NCBI GenBank assembly: GCA_963784675.1
Contig: CAWASE010000014.1
Span: 41,396 to 105,395, forward strand
Source: an uncultured Actinomycetes bacterium
GTDB taxonomy: Bacteria; Actinomycetota; Actinomycetes; Mycobacteriales; SCTD01
Reading direction: 5' to 3'
DNA length: 64,000 bases
The translations under genes and the position numbers were made by a program. Below the pieces are notes generated by a model. That model did no database searches, had not been told where the DNA came from, and saw nothing but the letters and a program-made list of their open reading frames with translations. Positions 51,808-62,316 of the stretch are shown here, one piece after another. How positions within the stretch are numbered: the stretch's first letter is position 1; each line of letters opens with the position of its first letter.

Positions 51808-52960
51808 CCCGCCGCACCAGCGCCCGGCCGAGACCCGCCAGCATCGGGGCCGTCACCAGTCCCCGCCCGAGGCCCAGCTCGACGAGCGCGTCGAAGGCCT
51901 GCGGCGACCGTGCCGTGGCAGCGACACCCAGGTCGACCAGACCGGGACGGCGGCTCAGGCGCGTCAGCAGCGAGGTGTGCCGCAGATGGCGCCCGAGCTC
52001 GGCCCGCAGCGCCAGCCGATAGGCCCTGCCGGGATCGCCGGCGCCTGCGGCCAGGCCCGCGAGCCGGCCCGACAGCAGGGCGTAGAAGATGCCCTCGCCG
52101 GTGAGCGGGTTCACCAGCGACGCGGCGTCGCCGGCCAGCAGCACCCGTCCGTCGGGCTGGCGGGGGCGGCTCGTCGACAGCGGCAGGTGGTGGCTCACCA
52201 GCCGCTCCGGTGCCCACGACGACCCGAAGAAGGGCGCCAGCATCGCCTCCAGCCGGCCGTGCAGCTCGGCCCGCCCGCCGCGCTCGGCGGCCTGCAGGGA
52301 GGGCAGCATCATGCCGAAGCCGATGTTGGCGCTGCCGTCGCCGGCAGCGAAGGACCACGCGTAGGCGGGCCAGTCCTTCTCGGCCATGAAGATGATCTGC
52401 TCGGGCTCGCCGGCAGGCGCCGGCGTGTAGCCGCGCACGGCCACCGCCAGGTTGTCGACCGGTTGTCTGGGCAGCCCGGCCAGCCGCCGGACCACCCCGT
52501 TGGCGCCGTCGGCCCCGACGAGCACCGCAGCGCTGTCGTGGTCGTCCAGCACCACCCGGTCGTCCCGCACCTCCAGGCGGCGCACCGTCCGGCGCTGCAG
52601 GACTGCTCCGCGCGCGACGGCCGCGTCGACCAGGCGGGCGTCGAAGACGGTCCGGGGGACCACGTAGTCCGGCCGTCGCAAGGCCTGCGCCACCGTCGTG
52701 CCGCCGGGAGAGACCAGCCGCAGCTGCCGGACGGGCACCCGGTCGGCGAGCACCCCCGCCACGCCCAGGCGCGCGAGCTCGTCCAGGGCGTGCGGCGCGA
52801 TGCCGTCGCCGCAGGACTTGTCCCGGGGGAAGTCGTGCCGGTCCAGCAACAGCACCCGCGCGTCCGGTCGCGCGCGCAGCGCCGCCAGCGCCGCCGCCGA
52901 TCCCGCCGGGCCCGCGCCGACCACCGCAAGGTCCCAGTCCGGTCGGCTCATGGTGGCCAT
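51794..52960 (-). CDS. FAD-dependent oxidoreductase, geranylgeranyl-reductase family
   Basis: It has DLAVVGAGPAGSAAA (dinucleotide fold), CGDGIAP and LAGDAASLVNPLTGEGI. The start is ATG 52960 or 52951. Its 3' end overlaps the convergent gene by 14 nt. Confidence 0.85.
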   Translation of the reverse strand: MATMSRPDWDLAVVGAGPAGSAAALAALRARPDARVLLLDRHDFPRDKSCGDGIAPHALDELARLGVAGVLADRVPVRQLRLVSPGGTTVAQALRRPDYVVPRTVFDARLVDAAVARGAVLQRRTVRRLEVRDDRVVLDDHDSAAVLVGADGANGVVRRLAGLPRQPVDNLAVAVRGYTPAPAGEPEQIIFMAEKDWPAYAWSFAAGDGSANIGFGMMLPSLQAAERGGRAELHGRLEAMLAPFFGSSWAPERLVSHHLPLSTSRPRQPDGRVLLAGDAASLVNPLTGEGIFYALLSGRLAGLAAGAGDPGRAYRLALRAELGRHLRHTSLLTRLSRRPGLVDLGVAATARSPQAFDALVELGLGRGLVTAPMLAGLGRALVRRVSSR

Positions 52961-53021
52961 CCTGCCCGGTCCCGGCTGCCCCGGCTCGGCGCCGGACACG
53001 GACAGTGACAGGATGCTCGTC

Positions 53022-54074
53022 ATGTCCGCGTCACCCGCTGCTCCGACCGGTCCGGCGCCGACGGCTCGTCCGCGCGTCCTGTCCGGCATCCGTCCGACCG
53101 GTGCGGGCTTCCACCTCGGCAACTACCTCGGCGCCGTGCGGCAGTGGGTCGCGATCCAGGACGACGCCGAGTGCTTCTTCTTCCTCGCCGACCTGCATGC
53201 GCTGATCGACGTCCCGGAGCCGGCGCAGCTGCGCGAGCGCACCCGCGGTGCCGCGGCGGAGCTGTTGGCGATGGGGGTGGACCCGGCGCGCAGCGCCGTC
53301 TTCGCGCAGAGCCACGTCCGCGAGCACGCCGAGCTGGGCTGGGTGCTGGGCTGTCTGACCGGCTTCGGCGAGGCGAGCCGGATGACCCAGTTCAAGGACA
53401 AGGCCCAGCGGTCCAAGGACAACGGCTCGGTGGGGCTGTTCACCTACCCCGTGCTGCAGGCGGCCGACATCCTGATGTACCAGGCCGACGCGGTGCCGAT
53501 CGGTGAGGACCAGCGCCAGCACCTGGAGCTGACCCGCGACCTCGCCCAGCGCTTCAACAACCGCTACGGGCCGACGTTCACCGTGCCGGGGCCCTACGTC
53601 GGCAAGACCGGGGAACGCATCAAGGACCTGCAGGACCCGGCCCGCAAGATGAGCAAGAGCATCGGGGGTGCCGGCACGCTGTGGGTGCTCGACGACCCCA
53701 AGGTGCTGACGAAGAAGATCAAGAGCGCCGTCACCGACACCGGACGCGAGGTGGTGGCCGGACCCGACAAGCCGGGCGTGACCAACCTGCTGACGATCCT
53801 GTCGGTCGCCGGCGGCAGCTCCGTGCAGGAGCTGGAGAGCCAGTTCGCCGGCAAGGGCTACGGGGATCTCAAGGGAGCCGTCGCCGAGGCCGTGGTCGCC
53901 CTGTTCGCGCCCGTCCGCGAGCGGTACGCCGACCTGCTGGCCGACGGCGCCGAGCTGGACCGGGTGCTGGCCGACGGTGCCGCCCGCGCGCGGGAGGTCG
54001 CCGTCACCACGATGTCGACCGTCCGCGAGCGCGTCGGCCTGCTGGGCGTCGCCGACGCGTCGTCGATGCCGTGA
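53022..54074 (+). CDS. trpS: Tryptophan--tRNA ligase
   Basis: It has SGIRPTGAGFHLGNYLG (HIGH region), YPVLQAADIL, GEDQRQHLELTRD and KMSKS. Confidence 0.95.
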   Translation: MSASPAAPTGPAPTARPRVLSGIRPTGAGFHLGNYLGAVRQWVAIQDDAECFFFLADLHALIDVPEPAQLRERTRGAAAELLAMGVDPARSAVFAQSHVREHAELGWVLGCLTGFGEASRMTQFKDKAQRSKDNGSVGLFTYPVLQAADILMYQADAVPIGEDQRQHLELTRDLAQRFNNRYGPTFTVPGPYVGKTGERIKDLQDPARKMSKSIGGAGTLWVLDDPKVLTKKIKSAVTDTGREVVAGPDKPGVTNLLTILSVAGGSSVQELESQFAGKGYGDLKGAVAEAVVALFAPVRERYADLLADGAELDRVLADGAARAREVAVTTMSTVRERVGLLGVADASSMP

Positions 54075-54619
54075 CGCGCCGCAGCTTCGGGGTGGCGATC
54101 GGGCTGCCCGAGCCGTTCACCAGCGAGCTGCAGGGTTGGCGGGAGCGCCTCGGTGACCCGAACGCGTCCGGCATCCCGCCGCACGTGACGCTGCTGCCGC
54201 CCACCACCCTGGACGACGCCGTCCTGGAGGCGGTCGAGGAGCACCTGCGCGAGGTCGCGGCCGGCGAGCGTCCCTTCGGGCTGCGCCTGCAGGGGTCAGG
54301 CACCTTCCGTCCGGTCTCGCCCGTGGTGTTCGTCCCGCTGGTGCAGGGGGCCGGTGACTGCGAGCGGGTGCAGGCGAAGGTGCGACGCGGACCGCTCGGA
54401 CGTGAGCTCAGCTTCCCCTACCACCCGCACGTCACCGTCGCGCACGACCTGGACGAGCCTGCCCTGGACCGCGCCTTCGTCGAGCTCGCCGACTACGAGG
54501 CGGGCTTCACCGTGTGGGGCTTCACGCTCTTCGAGCAGGACACCGTCGGCGTCTGGCGTCCGCAGCGGGACTTCCCGTTCGGCGGCGGAGGGTTGCCCGG
54601 ACCGCAGGCGGCCGCGTAG
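54071..54619 (+). CDS. 2H phosphoesterase superfamily protein (2'-5' RNA ligase-like)
   Basis: 182 aa starting at GTG 54071, with a GTGA overlap with trpS. It has two H-x-T motifs, PPHVTLLPP and HPHVTVAH. Confidence 0.8.
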   Translation: MTRRSFGVAIGLPEPFTSELQGWRERLGDPNASGIPPHVTLLPPTTLDDAVLEAVEEHLREVAAGERPFGLRLQGSGTFRPVSPVVFVPLVQGAGDCERVQAKVRRGPLGRELSFPYHPHVTVAHDLDEPALDRAFVELADYEAGFTVWGFTLFEQDTVGVWRPQRDFPFGGGGLPGPQAAA

Positions 54620-54648
54620 GACCGGGTCCGGCGGGTAGGGCGACGATC

Positions 54649-55863
54649 ATGGTGTCTCCTGCTGCCCTGCTGGCCGACGCGCGCCAGAAGCGTCCGGGGC
54701 TGGACCACGTCATCCGGGCGTACGGCCGCTTCAGCGCCGACGCGGGCAACCGTCAGGCCGCCTCGATCACCTACTTCGGCTTCCTGTCCTTCTTCCCGCT
54801 GCTGGCCCTGGCGGCCTCGCTGCTCGGCTTCTTCCTCGGCGACGACGCCGTCGGTGAGGTGGTCAAGCAGGTCAACAGCTACGCCCCGGGGCTGGCGAAG
54901 CAGCTGGGCCTGGCCGAGATCCTCGGCGACAACCGCAAGGCCGGCGTGGCCGGCCTGATCGGCCTGGGCGGTCTGCTCTACGCCGGGCTCGGGTGGGTCG
55001 ACGCCCTGCGGCAGGGCCTGCGGAGCCTGTGGCACCACAACGTCAACGACGGCAACTTCTTCGTCACCAAGGCCAAGGACGTCGTCCTGCTCGCGGGCCT
55101 CGGCGGCACCCTGCTCGCGTCCATCGCGGTCTCCGGGGTCGCGACCGTGCTGACCACGTCGGTGCTCGACCTGCTCGGGCTGGGGGAGTCGGGGGCCGCC
55201 GTCGTCCTGACCAAGGTGCTGACGTACGCCCTCGGCCTGCTCTCCAGCACGCTGCTGTTCCTGTTCCTGTTCTGGCGGCTGCCCAAGGTGCAGACCCCGC
55301 TGTCGCTGGTGGTTCGCGGGGCGCTGCTGGGAGGTGTGCTCTTCGAGGTGCTGAAGAGCATCGGCGCCGTCTACATCGCCCGCACCACCAGCAACCCGCT
55401 GTACGGCAGCTTCGCGGTCATCGTCGGGCTGCTGATCTGGATCAACCTGGTCTCGCGGGTGCTGCTGCTCTGCGCGGCGTGGACGGTCACCGCGCCCTAC
55501 GACAGCGACGTCGCGCCGTCGGGGACGGCGTCGGTCGCGCTGGCGAAGGAGGCCGGCATCCCCGTCGAGTTCGCCGACAACGACCCCGACGATCCGCCCG
55601 TGCTCCAGGACGACGGCGCGCCGACCCCGCTGGCGCCGGCCGTCGAGGGGGTCGCGGCGGCGCGTGTGGGCGCAGCCGTCCCGCTCGCGGGGGCTCCGCC
55701 GGCGCGAACCACGGCGACCGCGGTGCTGGACGGGCCCCCTCCGTCGCGGGCAGAGGTCCTCGCGCGGCAGGCGGGTCAGTTCACCGCCGGCGCGGCGGGC
55801 ATGGTCGTGATGGCGGTGGCACTCTCGACCGCACGTACCGTGCGGAACCTGTTCCGCCGCTAG
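54649..55863 (+). CDS. YihY/BrkB-family membrane protein
   Basis: It has AASITYFGFLSFFPLLAL and YGSFAVIVGLLIWINLVSRVLLL, and a long Pro/Ala-rich C-terminal extension. Confidence 0.85.
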   Translation: MVSPAALLADARQKRPGLDHVIRAYGRFSADAGNRQAASITYFGFLSFFPLLALAASLLGFFLGDDAVGEVVKQVNSYAPGLAKQLGLAEILGDNRKAGVAGLIGLGGLLYAGLGWVDALRQGLRSLWHHNVNDGNFFVTKAKDVVLLAGLGGTLLASIAVSGVATVLTTSVLDLLGLGESGAAVVLTKVLTYALGLLSSTLLFLFLFWRLPKVQTPLSLVVRGALLGGVLFEVLKSIGAVYIARTTSNPLYGSFAVIVGLLIWINLVSRVLLLCAAWTVTAPYDSDVAPSGTASVALAKEAGIPVEFADNDPDDPPVLQDDGAPTPLAPAVEGVAAARVGAAVPLAGAPPARTTATAVLDGPPPSRAEVLARQAGQFTAGAAGMVVMAVALSTARTVRNLFRR

Positions 55864-55879
55864 CGACCGGGCGCAGGCG

Positions 55880-57097
55880 TCAGCCGGAGAAGCGCTCGAA
55901 CAGGGCGGCGAGGCCTTGGCCGCCGCCGATGCACATCGTCTCCAGGCCGTAACGACCTTCGCGACGATCGAGCTCGCGCAGCAGGGTGGCCAGGATCCGG
56001 CCCCCGGTGGCGCCGATGGGATGGCCGAGCGAGATGCCCGATCCGTGGACGTTGAGGCGTTCATGATCGGCGGCCGTCAGCCCGAGCGTGCGCGTCACGG
56101 CGAGCACCTGCGCGGCGAAGGCCTCGTTCAGCTCGATGAGGTCCAGGTCGGCCAACGTCAGCCCGGTCCGGTCCAGCAGGGTCGTGACCGCGGGTACCGG
56201 CCCGATCCCCATGGTGCGCGCCGGGACCCCGGCCACCGTCCAGCCGACCAGCCGGGCCAGCGGCCGCAGCCCGAGCGCCAGCGCCCGGTCGGGGGTGGTG
56301 ACCACGCAGATCGCGGCGCCGTCGTTCTGGCCCGAGGAGTTGCCGGCGGTGACCGTCGCGTCGGGGTCGGCGGCGCCCAGGAGCGGGCGCAGGCGGGCGA
56401 GGGACTCCGGGGACGTCTCGGCCCGCGGGTGCTCGTCGGTGTCGACGACGGTGTCGCCCTTGCGGCCGGGGACGGTGACCGGGACGATCTCCTGAGCGAA
56501 GATGCCGTCCTGCTGCGCCCGGACCGCGCGCCGGTGCGACTGCAGCGCGAGAGCGTCCTGGTCCTCGCGGGTGATGCCGTACTCCGCCCGCAGGTTCTCG
56601 GCCGTCTCGATCATGCCGCCCGGCACGGGGTGGTGCCGGCCTCCGGCCGTGACCCGACCCCGGGCGAGCGAGTCGTGCAGCATCGTCCCGGTGCCGCTGG
56701 TGCCCCAGCGCACGTCGTGGGTGAAGTGGGACGCGCCGCTCATGGACTCGGCGCCCCCGGCCAGCACGAGCTCGCTGACCCCCGTCTGCACCTGCATCGC
56801 CGCCATCAGGATCGCCTGCAGCCCCGAGCCGCAGCGCCGGTCGACCTGCAACCCGGTGACGGTCTCGGGCAGACCGGCGTCCAGCGCGGCGACGCGGCCG
56901 ATCGCCGGCGCTTCCATGCTCGGATAGCCCTGCCCCAGGATGACCTCGTCGACGGCGTCACCGGGCAGGCCGGTCCGTTCCAGCAGCCCGCGGATCACGG
57001 TGGCCGCCAGATCCTGGGCCGCGACGTCGCGCAGGGCTCCGCCGTACCGGCCGACGGGAGTGCGCAACGGCTCGCAGACGACGACGTCACGGGTCAT
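55880..57097 (-). CDS. Acetyl-CoA C-acyltransferase (thiolase)
   Basis: 405 aa. It has RTPVGRYGG, VDRRCGSGLQAI (active-site Cys), NEAFAAQ, GHPIGATG and CIGGGQGLA. Confidence 0.93.
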   Translation of the reverse strand: MTRDVVVCEPLRTPVGRYGGALRDVAAQDLAATVIRGLLERTGLPGDAVDEVILGQGYPSMEAPAIGRVAALDAGLPETVTGLQVDRRCGSGLQAILMAAMQVQTGVSELVLAGGAESMSGASHFTHDVRWGTSGTGTMLHDSLARGRVTAGGRHHPVPGGMIETAENLRAEYGITREDQDALALQSHRRAVRAQQDGIFAQEIVPVTVPGRKGDTVVDTDEHPRAETSPESLARLRPLLGAADPDATVTAGNSSGQNDGAAICVVTTPDRALALGLRPLARLVGWTVAGVPARTMGIGPVPAVTTLLDRTGLTLADLDLIELNEAFAAQVLAVTRTLGLTAADHERLNVHGSGISLGHPIGATGGRILATLLRELDRREGRYGLETMCIGGGQGLAALFERFSG

Positions 57098-58428
57098 GAT
57101 CGGCCGTACTCCCGGACGTCGCGCGGGGCGGACCGACGGGACGGGACGGTCTCGCGGGTGCGATCCCGGCCGCCGACCCTGGACCTGTCGCGGGCCGGGC
57201 TGGGACGCGGTGGCGCCGCCGTTCGACGCACCGGGCGGACCGGAGCCTGCTGGCGGGTCCGCGGCCGGGACGGGGGCCGGGAGGCGCGCGCACGACTGGC
57301 GCCGGCACCCGCCGGGCGTCGCCGGACGACCATCAGCGCGGCGGCGGCCAGCGCCATGCCGGCGACGGTGACCGGAAAGCTGGTACCACCGGGGCCGGGT
57401 GCGGTGCGCGGCACGGTCGACAGGGGCGTGGCCAGAACGGCGCGGGTCGTGCCGGCCTCGGCCTCGACCGTCGCAGGCACCGGCGGCAGCTGACCGACGG
57501 TCGCGACGTTCGGGTTGGCGAAGCCCCAGTCCATCAGCTTCGCGGCCTCGTCGAAGACCTTCGGCGTGGATTTCATGATGCCGACCACCAGGCCGTGCCC
57601 GTCGCGTCGGGCGGCGCCGATGAAGCTGGCCCGGGCAGCGATCGTGAAGCCGTTCTTCACGCCCAGGGAGCCGGGATAGCTGCGGAGCATCTTGTCGTGG
57701 TTGGAGGTGGCGATGCGCGCGCCGCCGGGCCCGCTGATGCTGCTGGACAAGGTGCTGACGTAGCGGGCGAAGTCTGCATTCGCCAGCCCGGCACGACCGA
57801 TGACCGCGAGGTCGTAGGGCGAGCTGACCTGACCGGTGGCGTCCAGGCCGTGCGGGTTGACCGCGTGCGTGTCGTTCGCGCCGATCTCCAGCGCCGTCGC
57901 GTTCATGAGGGCAGCGGTGGCCGCCGTGCCTCCCTCGGCGGAGGCCAGCACGTTCGCGGCGTCGTTGCCCGACACCATGAGCATCGCGCCGAACAGCTCG
58001 CGCGCCGGGTAGCCGACCCGCTCCACGACGCCGACCTTGCTGCCGTCGACGTTCACGTCGTCGAAGGTCGGCACGAGCTGCCGGTCGGGGTCGATGCGGG
58101 GGATCAGCGTGAGGGCGGTCAGTGCCTTCAGGGTGCTGGCCGGCGCGAACTGCCCGTGCGGGTCCTTGGCCGCGAGCACCGCGCCGGTGTCCAGGTCGGC
58201 GAGCAGCCAGGCCTCGGCGTTGATCTCCGGCAGTACCGGGGAGGTCGGCGCGACCACGATGCCCGTGCCGGTGAGCGACTGCGGTCCGCCCGGCGGGACC
58301 GGTTCGGCCGACGCGCTGCCCGGGGCCGCCAGCGGCAGCGCGGCGAGCAGCAGCACGGCGCTCAACCGGGCCGCGCGCGGGCCACCTCGAGCCGGGTGGG
58401 GGAGGAAGGATCCACGGGGTGCACGCAT
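57094..58428 (-). CDS. D-alanyl-D-alanine carboxypeptidase (S11 PBP) with a TM anchor and an Arg/Pro-rich tail
   Basis: The start is ATG 58428. It has ASTLK (SxxK), SGND and KNG, then the anchor VAGMALAAAALMVV and an ~80-aa basic tail. An ATGA overlap links it to the thiolase gene. Confidence 0.88.
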   Translation of the reverse strand: MRAPRGSFLPHPARGGPRAARLSAVLLLAALPLAAPGSASAEPVPPGGPQSLTGTGIVVAPTSPVLPEINAEAWLLADLDTGAVLAAKDPHGQFAPASTLKALTALTLIPRIDPDRQLVPTFDDVNVDGSKVGVVERVGYPARELFGAMLMVSGNDAANVLASAEGGTAATAALMNATALEIGANDTHAVNPHGLDATGQVSSPYDLAVIGRAGLANADFARYVSTLSSSISGPGGARIATSNHDKMLRSYPGSLGVKNGFTIAARASFIGAARRDGHGLVVGIMKSTPKVFDEAAKLMDWGFANPNVATVGQLPPVPATVEAEAGTTRAVLATPLSTVPRTAPGPGGTSFPVTVAGMALAAAALMVVRRRPAGAGASRARASRPPSRPRTRQQAPVRPVRRTAAPPRPSPARDRSRVGGRDRTRETVPSRRSAPRDVREYGRS

Positions 58429-58543
58429 GGTGCCGCGGACGCTACAGCCGACAACCCGGTCTGCTCGGGACCGACACAGCCGGACACGCGACGAGCCTGA
58501 CGTCGGCGCGGCGTCCGCCGCTGCGCTGCGGGACACTGGTCCG

Positions 58544-58784
58544 GTGACGCTCACCCGCCGCTCCGCCACGCTCCTGATGCTCGCCGGCCTGTGGCCGCTG
58601 CTCATCTGGCCGAACTTCGTCCGCGTCACCTGGAACGACGAGCGTTCCTTCCACGACGGACCGACGGCTTTCCTGCTCGTCCATGTCGGCCTGGCGGTCG
58701 TGTCGATGGCGATCGGGGCAGGCCTCGTGGCCGCCGGCGCCCGCGGTTGGCGCGCGGCCGGCAGAGCCGGTCCGCTCGCCGTAG
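58544..58784 (+). CDS. Small membrane protein resembling the SCO4848 family; 3' end unresolved
   Basis: From GTG 58544 it reads VTLTRRSATLLMLAGLWPLLIWPNFVRVTWNDERSFHDGPTAFLLVHVGLAVVSMAIGAGLV. The frame has no stop until 59575, running antisense through sdhB. The end given here assumes a +1 shift to TAG 58782-84. Confidence 0.35.
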
Positions 58785-58798
58785 CGACGGGCGGTCGG

Positions 58799-59569
58799 TC
58801 AGGTGCGCCGGAAGATCAGGGCGCGCTTCACTTCCTGGATGGCCTTGGTGACCTCGATGCCGCGCGGGCAGGCGTCGGTGCAGTTGAAGGTGGTCCGGCA
58901 GCGCCAGACGCCCTCCTTGTCGTTCAGGATCTCCAGCCGCTCCTCGGCGCCCTCGTCGCGGCTGTCGAAGATGAAGCGGTGGGCGGCGACGATGGCCTGC
59001 GGACCGAAATAGGCGTCGTCGTTCCAGAACACCGGGCACGACGTGGTGCACGCCGCGCACATGATGCACTTGGTGGTGTCGTCGAAGCGCGCACGGTCGG
59101 CAGCGCTCTGCAGCCGCTCGCGGGTGGGTTCGCGACCGTCGGTGATGAGGAACGGCTTGACGGCGCGGAAGGCCTCGAAGAACGGCTCCATGTCGACGAC
59201 GAGGTCCTTGAGCACCGGCAGGCCCTTGATGGGCTCGATGAGGATCTCGTCCTCTGGGCCGGCGGCGAGGTCCTTGACGAGCACCTTGCACGCGAGCCGG
59301 TTGACGCCGTTGATGCGCATCGCGTCCGAGCCGCAGACGCCGTGGGCACAGGAGCGCCGGAAGGTGAGCGAGCCGTCCTGGTACCACTTCACCTGGTGCA
59401 GCGCGTCGAGCAGGCGGTCGCCCTTCTCCACCGGCACCTCGAAGGTCTGCCAGTTGGCCTCCGGGTCGACCTCGGGGTCGAAGCGCCGGATCTTCAGCGT
59501 GACGGTCGACAGGTGCGCGGCGACGTCGCCTGCCGGCTGCGGGGCGGGGCGGTCCTCGGTGACGGTCAC
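58799..59569 (-). CDS. sdhB: Succinate dehydrogenase iron-sulfur subunit
   Basis: GTG 59569 lies 2 nt after the sdhA stop. The Cys clusters are CAHGVCGSDAM, CIMCAACTTSCP and CTDACP. Confidence 0.95.
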   Translation of the reverse strand: MTVTEDRPAPQPAGDVAAHLSTVTLKIRRFDPEVDPEANWQTFEVPVEKGDRLLDALHQVKWYQDGSLTFRRSCAHGVCGSDAMRINGVNRLACKVLVKDLAAGPEDEILIEPIKGLPVLKDLVVDMEPFFEAFRAVKPFLITDGREPTRERLQSAADRARFDDTTKCIMCAACTTSCPVFWNDDAYFGPQAIVAAHRFIFDSRDEGAEERLEILNDKEGVWRCRTTFNCTDACPRGIEVTKAIQEVKRALIFRRT

Positions 59570-59571
59570 GC

Positions 59572-61343
<1,772 letters not shown>

Positions 61344-61357
61344 GGGCGTGCGCTCCC

Positions 61358-61762
61358 TTAGCCCGTGATGGCGGGGTCGAAGGTGAAGATCACCAGCGTG
61401 CCGAGCACCAGCACGAGGAAGGACGAGGTGTACAGCAGCATCTTGAGCCAGAAGCGGGTGCCGTCGCGCTCGGCGTAGTCGTTGATGATGACGCGCAGGC
61501 CGTTGGTGCCGTGCAGCTGGGCGAGCCAGAGCTGCATCAGGTCCCAGGTGCGCCAGAAGGGCGACGCCCAGCGGCCGGCGACGAAGCCGAAGTTGATGCG
61601 CTGCACCCCGCCGTCCAGGATCAGCATGATGAACAGGTGCCCGAGCACCAGGAACACCAGCAGCAGCCCGGACATCCGCATGAAGATCCACGCGTACATC
61701 TCGAAGTTCGTACCGGTCCGGCGACCGGTGCCGGGGCGACGCGAGCGCGGCGCCTCCAGCAC
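61358..61762 (-). CDS. sdhD: Succinate dehydrogenase hydrophobic membrane anchor subunit
   Basis: 134 aa with 3 TM helices and a haem-ligand-type His in LVLGHLF. It lies between sdhC and sdhA. Confidence 0.85.
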   Translation of the reverse strand: MLEAPRSRRPGTGRRTGTNFEMYAWIFMRMSGLLLVFLVLGHLFIMLILDGGVQRINFGFVAGRWASPFWRTWDLMQLWLAQLHGTNGLRVIINDYAERDGTRFWLKMLLYTSSFLVLVLGTLVIFTFDPAITG

Positions 61763-61792
61763 GGGCGCGGCGCCGGACTCGTCCGACGGCGG

Positions 61793-62185
61793 TCACGTCT
61801 TGCTCCCGAACAGATCGGCGAAGGTGTGCGCCAGCATCCGCGGGGCGGCGGCGGCCATCAGGACCAGGAACAGCGCGAGCACGACCCAGGTCATCTGGCG
61901 CTGGTACCGCGGGCCCTTCTCCCAGAAGTCGATCAGCACCACGCGGACGCCGTTGAACGCGTGGAAGAGCACGGCCGCGGTGAGGCCGAGCTCCATCAGG
62001 TTCACGATCGGCGTCTTGTAGGTGTCGATGATCCGGTTGTAGGAGTCCGGCGACACCCGCACCAGGGCGGTGTCCAGCACGTGCGCGAACAGGAAGAAGA
62101 AGATGAGGACGCCGGTGACGCGGTGCGCCACCCAGCTCCACATGCCCTCGCGCCCCCGGTAGAGGGTGCCAGCGGGTGCCTGCAT
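61793..62185 (-). CDS. sdhC: Succinate dehydrogenase cytochrome b subunit
   Basis: ATG 62185 is preceded by GGAGG. The product starts [36 protein letters not shown]. The ORF-track entry is extended upstream. Confidence 0.85.
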   Translation of the reverse strand: MQAPAGTLYRGREGMWSWVAHRVTGVLIFFFLFAHVLDTALVRVSPDSYNRIIDTYKTPIVNLMELGLTAAVLFHAFNGVRVVLIDFWEKGPRYQRQMTWVVLALFLVLMAAAAPRMLAHTFADLFGSKT

Positions 62186-62316
62186 GACGGGCGCCTCCAC
62201 GAAAACGTTCCCAGACGACTGCCTGGGCCCCGTCATGCTAACGACGCGTGGCGGTGGGAGCACGCTGGGAGGGCGACAGCAGGGTGTGAGACATCAGACA
62301 CGCCCGGCCGGCGCGG

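Noticed and set aside
57094-57400. The ~80-aa Arg/Pro/Ser-rich tail after the TM anchor of the DD-carboxypeptidase, which could be read-through caused by another indel.
   Set aside because: Third-position GC stays high through the tail. It also ends in a clean ATGA overlap with the thiolase start, consistent with genuine coding sequence. It remains unverified.
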